64,000 nt of DNA from Bugula neritina. Taxonomy: Eukaryota; Animalia; Bryozoa. The translations under genes were made by a program, and so were the position numbers. Location: contig OZ037767.1 of NCBI GenBank assembly GCA_964035545.1, forward strand, positions 16,362,581-16,426,580. The letters run 5' to 3'. Positions 12,795 to 25,670 of the stretch are shown piece by piece (position 1 is the first letter of the stretch; every line of letters starts with the position of its first letter). The notes under the pieces are model-generated. The model did no database searches. It saw only the letters and a list, made by a program, of their open reading frames with translations, and was not told the DNA's origin.

Positions 12795-14215
12795 GTTGAC
12801 AAATTACAGGTGAATGCCTCTACTTTCTACACAACAGTTTAATAAATACGGCTGCAGAATGCCAGGCATTGTGCACGCACATGGCGTATTGTTCCCTCGG
12901 CCAATTAATGCTATACGCTTTAGAATACTATAGACACTACTGCGTGACTAGGCACAATCAATGAACTGAAACTGTAAGTTATATAACTATAAGTTATGGT
13001 TCAATGGGCACAATATAGACGATATTATGCACATGGGGGTTATGCATACATGTATTATATACTCGTATATGATTCTGAAAGTTTATATACTTTTGCACCA
13101 TATAAAATATCATGTTTGATCAATTTTTGCAATAATTATTTTCACTCTTGAAAATCATTAGTCTGTATGCAAAGAGAATAAGTTATCTACATATTGCTAT
13201 GACTACAATGTTTACCACCTTGTCAAGTTATCCACATGGGAAATACATAATGTAATTAACTCGTCACGAAAAGAATTGATTTCACAGCGTCATGCATGCA
13301 GATAAACAATTTGCCCATGCTTAAGGATGCTGCAGTATAGACATATATTCCCTCAAGTCATGTCTTTACATTATATCAAGTCATATTTCAAGTCACTAAT
13401 AATGCCCAAGTCTTGCAGAAAAGTTTTATATTTTAAAGTAATTAGCTACAAAATTATGAGTCAAAATTTACATGTTGTTTCAATATATTATTATAATACC
13501 ATGCTGCATAAGAATATATTATCATGTCTATATATATCATTTAGTTATTGAATTTATTAAACTTATATATAGCAATTGTGTTATAAAAAAGCTAACAATA
13601 TTGAGTAGAAAATTTGAAAAAAAGTTATATGATAATTGTTAGTATAGATTTAGTCCCCATTTAAATAGCTCACAATTTATGTTTGGTCTTTTCTTATAGT
13701 ATATTGTCAATGAAAATTTTATGAATTGAAACTAGTTTATTTTCTATTTCATTAGAACTAACTTGAATCTAAAAGCTAGCTGTGAATCAATGTTGTATTA
13801 TATGCACCATGGACAACATTTAAGGTTATATTATTATGACGAAATACGCTTTATATACTCATGTAAAATAACAACTTATTATATTTTCGCACAATATAAA
13901 AAAGCCAATTTTTTTATATATTTATTTATTTTGAAAGTTGACAAAAATTCAGACTCTAGCATATTTTTTGTCTTTCCAACTCTAACTCTACAATTCATTA
14001 ATGCTTTATAGTACAGTACTAAGTTGAAAACACATTATTTGGTTATCTAGAGTTATCTTTTCAAATGTTTTATGTATGGGGCTTAGCGAGTCCAACCATC
14101 AGTATTCTCATAATTTAGTTTGGCAAGGTGCCCGCAGCGTTTAGTGTCATCATAAGCATAAAACTTCGAGTTCGTAGCTGTTATTTTGCTCGGAAACCTT
14201 TTGCTTATAGCCATA

Positions 14216-17200
14216 ATGCCCAAAGATAGAGCCGAAGTTCACGTTGTATACTGGTAATTATTATTTCAAGCTGCTGTTATTATAAGTAAAATTATAAATA
14301 CAATATTCAACTTTATATCAACTTTAACTTTTAAGTGAACTCAAAACTGTAAAGTCTAAAGATTTATCATTTTGATTTGTATTTTACTAAATTTAGTGCT
14401 CAGTCTAGAAGTTCAAGTATAACTATCAGTATTAAGTTTAGTTACAATTGCTTGTCAATTGTTATTAGTATTACTCTCTGCTATGTAAGTAAATACACGG
14501 CATCTGCTTCGTCACACTCATAGTCAAGTTATACTTCCTTGCTTGATGTTGATCATTATATTTATTTTATCAATAACTCTCTAAGTTTACCCAAGGCCAA
14601 TGGTATTAATATTATTTCTTGCAGTGTTAGTACTACTCTACTAGTACTGCAAGAAATAATACCACTGAGTTACAGCTGTACAGCTGAAATTTCTAACCGG
14701 TCTATTTTTTCTCTCTTTACCATTCCTATATTTATAATTTATATTATTTTCTATCACCAATATAATGCATATTAAAAACTGTTTCAACGTTACCCCACAT
14801 AATTAACATCCCCCCCCCAAGGTTTTTTTGATTAGAATAATATTTAGGCTTAACATGATATTGATGAAAAAGCTGCACAGTCATAGTTCTATTCACTGCT
14901 TTTAAAATTAACAATGAAAGATCAAAATCGTTATGCAAGACAAGTGATCAAAAGTGATGAGTCACAGGCTGTTGATAATAATATGTTATGTAATGTAATG
15001 AATGGTTTGGTAATGTTGATAATGTGCTAGTCGGATATTTTCATATCTTAGGCAACCACTCTCAACCTTTAACAAATTAACGGTGTATCTTTTCTATGGT
15101 ATATGTTAAATTTCAAACTTATCAACTATAAAATGCGAATAGAATTCTAGCATGATTTAGCAGTTTTTGTCTTTGCTTCTCCTTTGTTGTTGAAGAATAG
15201 TAGCTGTAAAGTTTTTATGCAGGGAAGTGTGAAATGAAATTATAGCTTTTCAATACTCTTCACATTGAGTTTTCATTCATACCAAGTCATTTATGTGAAA
15301 GGTCAATATTATTTGTTTGGTAAGCTCCATTCATTCATGTTATTGTGAGTTATTAAAAAAACTTGCAAAGTAATTTCTGTTTCTTCCAAGTGACTGCAGT
15401 TTATGTATATTCTACTATGATTACTGCCACCAGTATTCTGCTGCCAGCTGGCCCCAACAGCAATAAGAAATTATTAGACTAGTAGTCAGGGTTGAGACGA
15501 ATAGCTCATTTATAGTGAAGAGTTTTAAATAGATATATGGATTGACTATGAACTGAATGTGTGTCCTAAGTTATTAAGTTATAAGGCTATTGAAATTCTC
15601 AAGTTCCAATAAGATTCAAAATGACATCATACATTTAGGTAATTTCTGGTCTATTTCCTATTAGTTGTAGTCAAACTGGCCTGTAGACCAAACAAAGCTT
15701 GGTTTTATTTCGCCTACATATGGTTTAGACTATGTATTTATGTTTTGTAGTGGTGCCTGAGGCTACGAACCAAAGGTGAGTCTAACTTACTCATCAAATT
15801 ATCTTCAAGTTGTGTTTCCAGAGCTAGAAATGTCAGTTCCAGAAAGTAACTAAACATTTATATAGACAGGAAGCATAATTGGAAGGTTTTAACACAAAAT
15901 TCGTCCTCAGTAAGACTGATGGGGTGACTTTAGTCCAAATTTTAACTTTAAAGCCTCACAATAAGACTTGATGCATGTAATGTTTGTAATGTTACCAGAT
16001 TTTCCAACACGCTATTGAAGTTGCCTGATATTTGAACTGTGTAAAATATTTTTGTATTTGTATAAATGTATAAACTCGTGTTGCTGTGTCCGATTTTCTA
16101 GTACCTGCGCCTGAAGACTGAACTTGAAGACGTCTTTGGCGACGCGGTGCTTATGGTGAGTCCATTTTGTTGTATATTCATAACAAAATAATATACGTAA
16201 CGTAATGCATACTTAACTTAATAATATATAATTTATATTCATACCTGCATTGACTGTACCAGTATAATTATACAGACTGTCACACATGCAGCTATATAAT
16301 ATGCAAGTCAATGTGGTGCAATGTGTACCAGTATATCAGTATAAGATTTAAAATAGAGATGAGAGATAGTGGTAATGGAATTGTTTAAGTAATAGAAATA
16401 CACTTCCACCTTGAATTCTCTGCTCTGTATACTCTACTCAGTATACTCTACTCTGTATACTCTACTCTGTATACTCTGTATACTCTGTATACTCTGTATA
16501 CTCTGTATACTCTGTATACTCTGTATACTCTGTATACTCTGTATACTCTGTATACTCTGTATACTCTGTATACTCTGTGTACTCTGTGTACTCTGTGTAC
16601 TCTGTGTACTCTGTGTACTCTGTGTACTCTGTGTACTCTGTGTACTCTACTCTGTGTACTCTGTATACTCTACTCTGTATACTCTACTCTGTATACTCTA
16701 CTCTGTATACTCTGTATACTCTGTATACTCTGTATACTCTGTATACTCTGTATACTCTGTATACTCTGTATACTCTGTATACTCTGTATACTCTGTATAC
16801 TCTGTATACTCTGTATACTCTGTATACTCTGTATACTCTGTATACTCTGTATACTCTGTATACTCTGTATACTCTGTATACTCTGTATACTCTACTCTGT
16901 ATACTCTACTCTGTATACTCTACACTGTATACTCTACATACTCTGTATACTCTGTATACTCTGTATACTCTGTATACTCTGTATACTCTGTATACTCTGT
17001 ATACTCTGTATACTCTGTATACTCTGTATACTCTGTATACTCTGTATACTCTGTATACTCTGTATACTCTACTCTGTATACTCTACTCTGTATACTCTAC
17101 TCTGTATACTCTACTCTGTATACTCTGTATACTCTGTATACTCTACTCTGTATACTCTACTGTGTATAATACCATATAATAAACATTTTTACAGACAGGG

Positions 17201-17707
17201 GAAGGAACTCCTACTAAAACCGGGTTCTTTGAAGTTACCATCAAAGGAGGAAAATTGATCCACTCTAAAAAGGTGAGGGCTGTGCTATTATTAGTGTCTT
17301 CTCTAATAACTGTAAAGCAATATTGATGGCTACATAATATTATATAATGTGATCTACTTTGGAGTTATTCTATCACCATGTGCTGGTAGGCATGCTAGCA
17401 TGTTGGGTGTTGGTGAGGCTTTACCATTATCTAGATGTTTGTACTCCTGGGGTGATAACTCTATGACTCCTTATTCCTGTGAAATCATAATGATGGATAC
17501 AAATGCATGATTTCTAAGGCATGACAAACATGAATATAAAATAGGAAATTATATAAATTATTTATTTGAAGACATACAGACAGACACACCAGTAACTTAG
17601 CTACTCCATTGACAGAGATTTTGTGTTGTTTGTTTCAGAATGGAGACGGATTTCCCACCAAGCCTGACAAGATTATAGCAGCAATAGAACAGTTCTTGTC
17701 AGAGTAA
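14216..17707 (+). CDS. SELENOW: Selenoprotein W (Rdx family, CxxU), about 87 aa
   Basis: Exons 14216-14253, 15751-15775, 16102-16155, 17195-17272 and 17639-17707 give MPKDRAEVHVVYCGA[U=TGA 15758-15760]GYEPKYLRLKTELEDVFGDAVLMTGEGTPTKTGFFEVTIKGGKLIHSKKNGDGFPTKPDKIIAAIEQFLSE*. A further donor follows at 17710/17711, leading to a UTR-only last exon from about 17904. Confidence 0.93.
16420..17165. repeat. 9-bp satellite (CTCTGTATA)n with variants, in SelW intron 3
   Basis: Directly visible. It explains the spurious CIL/YSV/TLY ORFs. Confidence 0.95.
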
Positions 17708-17733
17708 ATGGTAAATATAATATGTATATATTA

Positions 17734-17865
17734 CATAGTAAGTATATGTATATAGTATATATAGTAAGTATATGTATATAGTATATATAGTAAGTATATG
17801 TATATAGTATATATAGTAAGTATATGTATATAGTAAGTATATGTATATAGTGTATAGTAAGTATT
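17734..17865. repeat. About 26-bp repeat (ATAGTAAGTATATGTATATAGTATAT)n in the SelW 3'UTR intron
   Basis: Directly visible. Units contain GTAAGT. Confidence 0.85.
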
Positions 17866-17953
17866 AGTAGAAAGGTTTATGCTGATTTATTTATTAATTT
17901 TAGCCCCAGGTTTGAATCCTGCTACTGTTTGCTATATGGTGTTATTTCAAAAA

Positions 17954-18017
17954 AGCCACCCATGACGGGATGACATCAACCCTGCTCGCAGAAGTGTCTG
18001 TTCCCGAATCTCAGGCT
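17954..18017 (+). promoter_or_regulatory. SECIS element (type II) of SelW
   Basis: Helix I AGCC/GGCT. Core ATGA (17962-17965) ... GA (18006-18007). Helix II GGGATGACAT/GTGTCTGTTCC. Unpaired AA (17978-17979) and apical mini-stem CTGC/GCAG. Confidence 0.85.
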
Positions 18018-19375
18018 ATACTTTGCTTTAACACTCATCACATACCAAACGGAGGAGATAACTCATTCCTGTTTTGAATATTTTGTTATGTGATGTTTTA
18101 CTTATTTACTAGGTTATATGAAATTTACAGCAATCATAATCTTGCCTGTTTATCTGCAACATATGTTATTTTTTAACAAATGTTTTTCTAATATATTTTA
18201 CGTATTTCATATTGTTTAAACTTATATTTTGAACTTTATGATAATTTTTATTGTACCAAAATATAGGCAAATTTTTTCATATAAAATTTTGCTCTTATAT
18301 CTGACCCTGTGTGTTCTCTTCGTACTCTGTTATAACTTATTTTAAAACGTAATTGTTGTTGATACCAGATGCATTTATTGCAAGGATTCTCATACGAGTT
18401 GCCTTCATTGGCTTTTGCTACACATCTGCTTAGCCCCTAGTGCTGCAGTTAATACATATAACATAGAGCACTTGAAGTTGTGCATGAGTAGAGATGCTTG
18501 TATATTGAATCTGGTCGTACTGCTGGTGGAAGGGAGAGTATAAGTTTAATGATAGAATTGATGTTTTACAGTCAACTATGCTACGTTGTGGTTATTTTCT
18601 TTTACAAAATATATATATAGTCACAAGATTTCGAATTTTATAAAGGCAAATTGGAAGAAAGACGTTTTGGGGTGGAAATTATGTCCGTCATTTTCTACCG
18701 AACTTGAATTTGTAGAACATTTATAACTGCATGTTGAATGTAAATTTGTAATAAGTTTATAAATTATACCTGTTTCTATGTATTATGTAACATAATGTAC
18801 ACAAGAACAATTAGCAGTAAAGAGAAAAGCTAATGCTATATAGGGATACTAACCCATTGCAAACATTGAACAAGAGAAAATAAACACTGCACGTGTGTTG
18901 GTGATCCATACTACATACTGATTTATCAATACTTTTTAATATTACCACCATAATATTTTTCTTATAGTATCTTGACAATCTGCTGGTAACTTTCATAATG
19001 TGTGATTAAAAAATTGGTGAGTTCAGTGTCTTAAGATTGAGAAAGAATTGTAATTACATATGAAATTGGTTTCAAATGAAAATGTATAAGTTCATTTTCC
19101 TGTTGCTAACAAAAAATATTTATAAAATCCATCAATATTTTATCCTAATTGTATTTCATTTTCCGACTGCACAAGTAGAAAGTTGAACGACCAATTGCAG
19201 TGCGGATGTTAATCAAAACACACGACGCAATGTTTTTCAAAGTATTACAGACGGCAAACGTTTTTAGATGTTAGTCGAGTTTTGTAAGCAGGGAATGAAG
19301 CTCTGACTTTTCAACAGTTGGTAATCAGCTCTAAATGTTGTGGCAGCTACCACGGCAGCGCCATAGCAAGAAACT

Positions 19376-22060
19376 ATGGAGAACTTACTGTCGGTTAAAT
19401 TTTGTTTATTTTTGTTGCTTTTCGCTCATTTAGTTGTGCATTCTGGGGTGAGTACGTCGAGTCTTCAGCATATTTTACAAAATAATCATAACTTTAGCAT
19501 TCAGAGCTGTGAGTGTGGATTGTTGCTATAAATGATTGAGCTATTAACAATTATATATAAATACATCACTTTTATCGTGTTTTCTATATATCTGCTTTAT
19601 TGTCAAAAAGTGAAAACAATATTGCTGTACATCTCGATCCTATTAGAACTACACAATTTAATGTTTTGTAGTACATACTGCCACAAAATATTTTGTTAAA
19701 AGTGTTCATAGAAGTTTTATGTGAAATATTACAATGTATTTTAATTTATAACAAGAATGTAATGCAGATGCTAGTTTATAAATTATAAATGAACATATTT
19801 GTCTATATTTAGCTGTAAATAAAATGTGTTACTTTCTAAACAATATGAAGCAAGCTATAGTTTAAATAATTGATTTTTATAGTCCCCATTATCACATATA
19901 ACATTTTACATCACTGTATTGTTTATGGGTATACTTGCTTATTGAGATTTGGTTGTGTCAAGTTTCAACAATTCTTACCATGATCTCTTCAATGCAGTTT
20001 CAACAGTGGAATATAATTTTACTTTATATTCAAGCTCAATTTCTTGTTTTAATGTTAATTTCAGCCATGCCATCGGCCATTTTTTACACTTGTAAAACAC
20101 CATTTTCAATATATTTTAGTGATATAAGACAAGCTATTTTGAAACATTATAATGTAACTTTATATATGCATATCTAAATAATATAAAGCATGCTTTAATA
20201 AATGTATAAAACTTATGCCGAAGAATGCTTAGAATATTTAATTATGTAAAATATACTATATAATGAAAGCATTAAGTAAACCATCAATTGTTGTATTCAG
20301 GGGCAGATAATTGCTCAGTTCAGTCGCTTATCAGCGAACTACAGCCTGGAGAACACAACTTCTCTCTCCAACATCAGAACAGTGTCATACTGCGCTGCCG
20401 AGTGTACTAACAAAGGAGACAGCTGTTTGGTAATATCCTACGACAGTGAGCAACGCACTTGTAATCTATCCAATCAGATGGCTGTTTACAGCAAGACGCC
20501 TCCTGTTAGCCAGAAGACATCAATTTTCGCCCGTAAGTGTATGCATGTAAACTAAAGCATTTGTGGTGAGCGAATTTTATACAGGTTTTTATTCTGTGAA
20601 CAGAAAAATTTTGTTATTATCTAAGCTTAAATTTTAGAATTTTTCCAAACAGAAAGATCCACTAAAATAGATTTTTTTTCTTAAAGGGTGGTTATGGTGC
20701 AACAAATATTTCTTAGAAGAGTTTACAGGTTCTTAGTCAACTTTTGCTGTCACCCTATCTAATTATATATACTAAATATAAGTCAAGTTGGATTGGAAGA
20801 GACTCTAAAACCTCCATATTTTAATATTGTCTGAGTGACGATCTAAAAGATACAAGAAATTATGTTTGAGTAATTTAGACTGGAAATACTCACTAATAAC
20901 AATTTTCTCATGTTGCTGTAGACCGATAGTCTCAAACTCGCAGTCTAAAAGGTTAATTCTTCACGGTTTAGCTTCATTATACGTATAACTACTACTTACC
21001 TACACTATACACCATATTATGTACACCAATAATTACACTACAATATATATATAATAATGTTTCCCCACTGGGATTAGAATCCGAGACCTCAGGCTCGCAA
21101 GCAGGAGCACTCTCCATTGCACCACAGGGACTACTGGGTAAACTCAACACTACACAATATACTACACTACTACTTATACTAAAATATACCAGCTGTAATT
21201 TACACAGCAACATACAATTACCTGATGAACAAAATAGCGGTTTTTTCACTAATTATTAAACACAAATAAAATAAAACTTTCTATTAAAGTCATTTTTTAA
21301 CGAACAAAATGATATATCAAACCATAGTATTATGTCTTAAAGAAACCTTTCTTCATTATTGTTGTTGGTATTGATACTAGTATCATGTATTATTATTGTT
21401 ATAATATTTAATTAATTTTTTTCGATTACTATCATAAAGTCTATTATTCCAATAGGGGTTTTACCTCCCATGTGCCCTGAAGGATGGACCATGATGGATG
21501 TGAAGAAAACATGTATTTTAAATAAAGGCAAAGAAGCAGTTTCATGGAACTTTGCTAAGCATGAGTGTGAGCAAATAGGAGCGCACCTACCATATTTTGA
21601 CAGCAAGGAAGCATTTGATTGGTTTCAAAACTTCAGAAACAACTCGACCGGTTGGTTGACAAAGCTTACCTAAGTTACAGATCTGAGATAAAAAAATATT
21701 TTAGTTATATATATTATAAAACGTTTAATGCAGTAAGGTGGCTTTGAGTTAGAGATTTTTACTATTTCAGTGTTAAAATAACATTCAAAAAGAAGTGTTA
21801 CAATAATTTTAGATACACACAATAAGAATGTATGGCTTGGAGCAAAGTTTGAGACGAAGGAGTTCCAATGGGGTAATGGAAAGGCATACGGACTCCATAA
21901 CAGCAGTGACTGGTGGTGCAAGGAGAGAGGAGAACCGGATGGGGGCGGGATTTGCATCGGTTCATTTCCTATTTGGAACCAGTTCCTGTTACGGGATCAA
22001 CATTGTAATAATTACATGGCAGGATTCCTTTGTGAAAAAGCCATGGACCACATGACCTAG
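19376..22060 (+). CDS. Secreted PAN/apple-domain plus C-type lectin protein
   Basis: Exons 19376-19447 (signal peptide), 20301-20532 (CAAEC...C.VISYD....CNL, PAN-like), 21456-21650 and 21813-22060 (CPEGW..C..SWNFAKHEC...GAHL...VWLGA...FQW.NG...EPD...C...DQHC...FLCEK). Confidence 0.87.
21058..21150 (-). mobile_element. tRNA-derived SINE-like element, family A copy 1
   Basis: Reverse strand reads CCCTGTGGTGCAATGG (box A)...GGATTCTAATCCCAGTG (degenerate box B). Homologous to 33424-33512. No intact acceptor stem. Confidence 0.7.
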
Positions 22061-22848
22061 TTTGAAATTAACTCACATGATAGTTCATGCTGCTACGTTT
22101 GACATCAACATATAATTATGGGGACCGATCAATAGCTCTGACTGGTTCAACTTACGCTTGGATAAGATTTAATTACATTACACGTGTGCAGTTGCAACAG
22201 GGTGCACCAATAACTATAGTTTTATCTGATTGATTGTTTTTAATTGAACCATTTTCCTCAATAATTCTCTTTTCTATTGTACTTAAACTTTAAGCATGTT
22301 GTTAACACTAAATAAAGTATTTTTCTATAACATTCTTATTTACTCATGCTACTTAGATTCACAACAACTATGAAGAAATAACTTCAGCAAACTATTATTT
22401 TATTTTTATGCATACCAATGTTACTTGTGTCAAATTTTATTTCTGCAAAGAAAAGATGGTTACCAGTAGGGTGATATGTCACATAATATATATAATATAA
22501 ACTATTATGTTTAATAAAATATAGCTTTTTATTGAATATATACTTTATGAAACAATACAATATTTACAAGTTGCATAGTTACTAACAAAACGAGGCTCAG
22601 TAAGGTGATGAGCATGAAATTATAAGAGTAAAGAGAGATTATACAAAATTACACCTAGTCAGTATTCAAGCAGCAGAAGCTCATTGAAATGTCGAAAAAT
22701 GTCTTCAAAGTGCAGCAGATAATGTTGAGTGACAGGAGAACCTGCCATGTTTATATACATTGTATCAGACAACACTATTCGCATACAGCTACACAATGAA
22801 TATGAAGATTCTAGAACATATAACACACATAGCCTAAGTAAAGTAATA

Positions 22849-25670
22849 TCACTTGACTTGACTAGACACTGGGGAACGTGTAGCCCTCTGTTCTATCACG
22901 ACAGTAGCCCCCTCAGATTTACAGGCTAACTGCTTTTTTAAAGCCTCACGCAAACATCGAAAAGCCTTGGCAGTCGCGAACGGAGTTTGCGTGATCGGAT
23001 CAAAGTAACGGGCTTTCAGTCTGGTGATAGGACAGATAACTCTAGGACGTACGCGTCTCTTCGGAATATTGAAATAATCTTTGGCTGTTTTATCATCGCT
23101 AAATATTAGAAAAGTCCGAGAGCATTTTTCTGTTGTATTTGATTTGTCTGGAAGGGTGTCTGATACCTCCCTGAAAGAAGAAAGATACTATTAGTTATCA
23201 GACTAGGGGAGAATACAGTTTGTAGGGGAGATAACTCCGACCATAGTTACACCGACCGCACAATTATTACCCAATTTTTGAGATTTAGACAAGTTTTTAG
23301 GAAGCATAATTAAATTAACGAAAAAAAGTTAATGCCCTTGAGAATCTTGCAAAGACTTGAATTCTCCAGCGTATAGCGGAGTTACTGTTGGTAGCTTCCT
23401 TTATATAATTTAAAATAGAAAGGGATGCAGAGAAATCAAAGTAAAAGGTGAGATTTTGTAATGCAGCGCTTACGTGACGTTGGGTTCGGAGTCATCTTCC
23501 CGAATAATCGGCATAGCAACCGAGTGGTAGCGAATCATAGGGCCAGATGAGCTCGTCTTCTGAACTCTCACTTTCTTTCGCTCCAACTCCAGCTTGCGAT
23601 AATGTTCTACAAGGAAATGCAAAAACTTGAGTCGCTGAGCTACAGTTATACTATTCTACAGTTACACTACTCTACAGTTATACTACTCTACAGTTATACT
23701 ACTCCACAGTTATACTACTCAACAGTTTTACTACTCTACAGTTATACTATTCTACAGTTACACTACTCTACAGTTATACTACTCCACAGTTATACTACTC
23801 TACAGTTATACTACTCTACAGTTATACTATTCTACAGTTATACTACTCTACAGTTATACTACTCTACAGTTATACTACTCTACAGTTATACTACTCTACA
23901 GTTATACTACTCTACAGTTATACTACTCTATCAAGAGACTTGAGAATACTTACCAAGAGACTTGAGATTACTCTGTTCCGTGATTTTAGCCTCCGCCAAC
24001 AACTCTTCCTGAGTCAGCCGTCTCACTGCTGCCACATTTTTCCTGGCAGCAATGTCTCTCAACATTTTCTCCTTCTCCTTTGCCATTCTGTCCTTCTCTC
24101 TAGTCACAAACTGCTCGGTCTTCTTCACAGTCGACGATCGTTTAGAACGAAACCCTGTGGTCCAAGATTCAGTGTCAACACTATTTAGTTAGTATACAAT
24201 ACGTTGAAATCTATACCCTACTTCATAGAGCTAATATAGTGTTTGGTTGAACGCTTAAAACACAGGCTACAGAATAAGTTGATGGTCCTAAAGCTAAGAA
24301 CATCTTTCCCATATCTACTAACCAACCACTCACCACTAGAGTATATCTGACTCCTTCCCATATCTACTAACCAACCACTCACCACTAGAGTATATCTGAC
24401 TCCTTCCCATATCTACTAACCAACCACTCACCACTAGAGTATATCTGACTCCTTCCCATATCTACTAACCAACCACTCACCACTAGAATATATCTGAACG
24501 CTGGAGGAAGCAACACTCTGTCTGGTCCTCTTCTTTCTTGGTTTGGAAACATCAGGCTTCTTTACAACTTTTCCATCCTTTGCTCGCGCTGGCTCCTACA
24601 AGCAAGAAGTATATAAAGTCAGCAGTGTATAAAGTCAGCAGTATATAAAGTATTATATATAATAAGTAATTCAAAATGTTAACTAGCCCAAATTCCAAAT
24701 ACTTGCAAAAAAAAATCAAAACTGCCAAGTCTATAAGTTGAACTAAAATCTTGAATCGAGTCAAGGTATTTCAAAATTTTAACAGCAACTCGAAAAAATT
24801 TAATTTTTGACAAATAAAGGTATTATATAAAAAACTTAAGAGGCACTAAAAATATTAAAATAAACAAGACAAACTTTGTAAGCTTTAGTGTCAATGCCAC
24901 GTTTCTTGCGCTTGGGTGTGTCATCTTCACTGCCACTTTTCACTTCATCGTTTTCGTCGATACTAAAGTCTGAATCAATCACATCTTCGTCATCGTCTGA
25001 TTTGGCTACAAACTCTCGGTCATCATCCGCCTTGAAAATACAACAAACTCACAGTCCACTGGGCAAAGAACACATTTTTAATAAAGTAGATGCAATAGTT
25101 GCACAACACTATTAGTTGAACTCATACTTTAAAACTAGCTGCCAAACTAAGTTAAGCACCACTTATTTTGATGAAAAAAAACTCGCGCAATTTTATAGTT
25201 GCTATCTCTGTGAGAAAATCCTGATGGAAAGGTTTTTGTTTAAGCAGGCTAAGAACTTATTCGGATATGACACAGGAGCAATTATGACTGAATGCTCTTC
25301 CTAAGATCACCAATGGCCTTTGTTAGGGTTTGAACACATGATTTCTTGTTCACTGAGCAAACGCTCTAACCCCCTAGACCACGGCTGCTCCCTATAACTT
25401 ATTGTAATAAAGTACCTCATCAAACCCCCCATAAGTTGTAGTATAAAATACCTCATCAAACCCCCCATAAGTTGCAGTATAAAGTACCTCATCAAACCCC
25501 CCATAAGTTGTAGTATAAAGTACCTCATCAAACCCCCCATAAGTTGTAGTATAAAGTACCTCATCAAACCCCCCATAAGTTGTCGTATAAAATTCATCTT
25601 CTCCTTCATCTTCGAGTAAGCGAGCCATTTTATTGCCGGCATTGGCCCGTCTCTCTCTGGTCGCAGCCAT
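22849..25670 (-). CDS. VPS72: VPS72/YL1 H2A.Z chaperone
   Basis: Exons 25560-25670, 24875-25030, 24481-24595, 23954-24154, 23474-23606 and 22849-23170. Motifs MAATRERRANAGNKMARLL..EDEFYTTTYGGF, DSDFSIDE, LTQEELLAEAKITE..NLKSL, GPMIRYHS, CSRTF and the YL1-C domain CPITRLKARYFDPITQTPFA. Confidence 0.95.
23640..23930. repeat. 16-bp minisatellite (TACAGTTATACTACTC)n in VPS72 intron 4
   Basis: Directly visible. Confidence 0.95.
24304..24497. repeat. 49-bp tandem repeat x4 including the VPS72 exon 3 end and donor
   Basis: Each unit on the gene strand has CTAGTG|GTGAGT. Confidence 0.92.
25210..25389 (-). mobile_element. tRNA-derived SINE, family B copy 1
   Basis: Head AGCAGCCGTGGTCTAGGGGGTTAG...GTTCAAACCC. 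About 180 bp are alignable to 38748-38927. Confidence 0.8.
25414..25592. repeat. 36-bp tandem repeat x5 of the VPS72 exon 1 end and donor
   Basis: The unit encodes VLYTTTYGGFDE. GAG|GTA donors follow 25560, 25524, 25488, 25452 and 25416. Confidence 0.95.

Noticed and set aside
16411-17179. Long CIL/YSV/TLY ORFs, also 45377-45852, 23602-23943, 56784-57024 and 60667-61350
   Set aside because: These are translations of intronic minisatellites.
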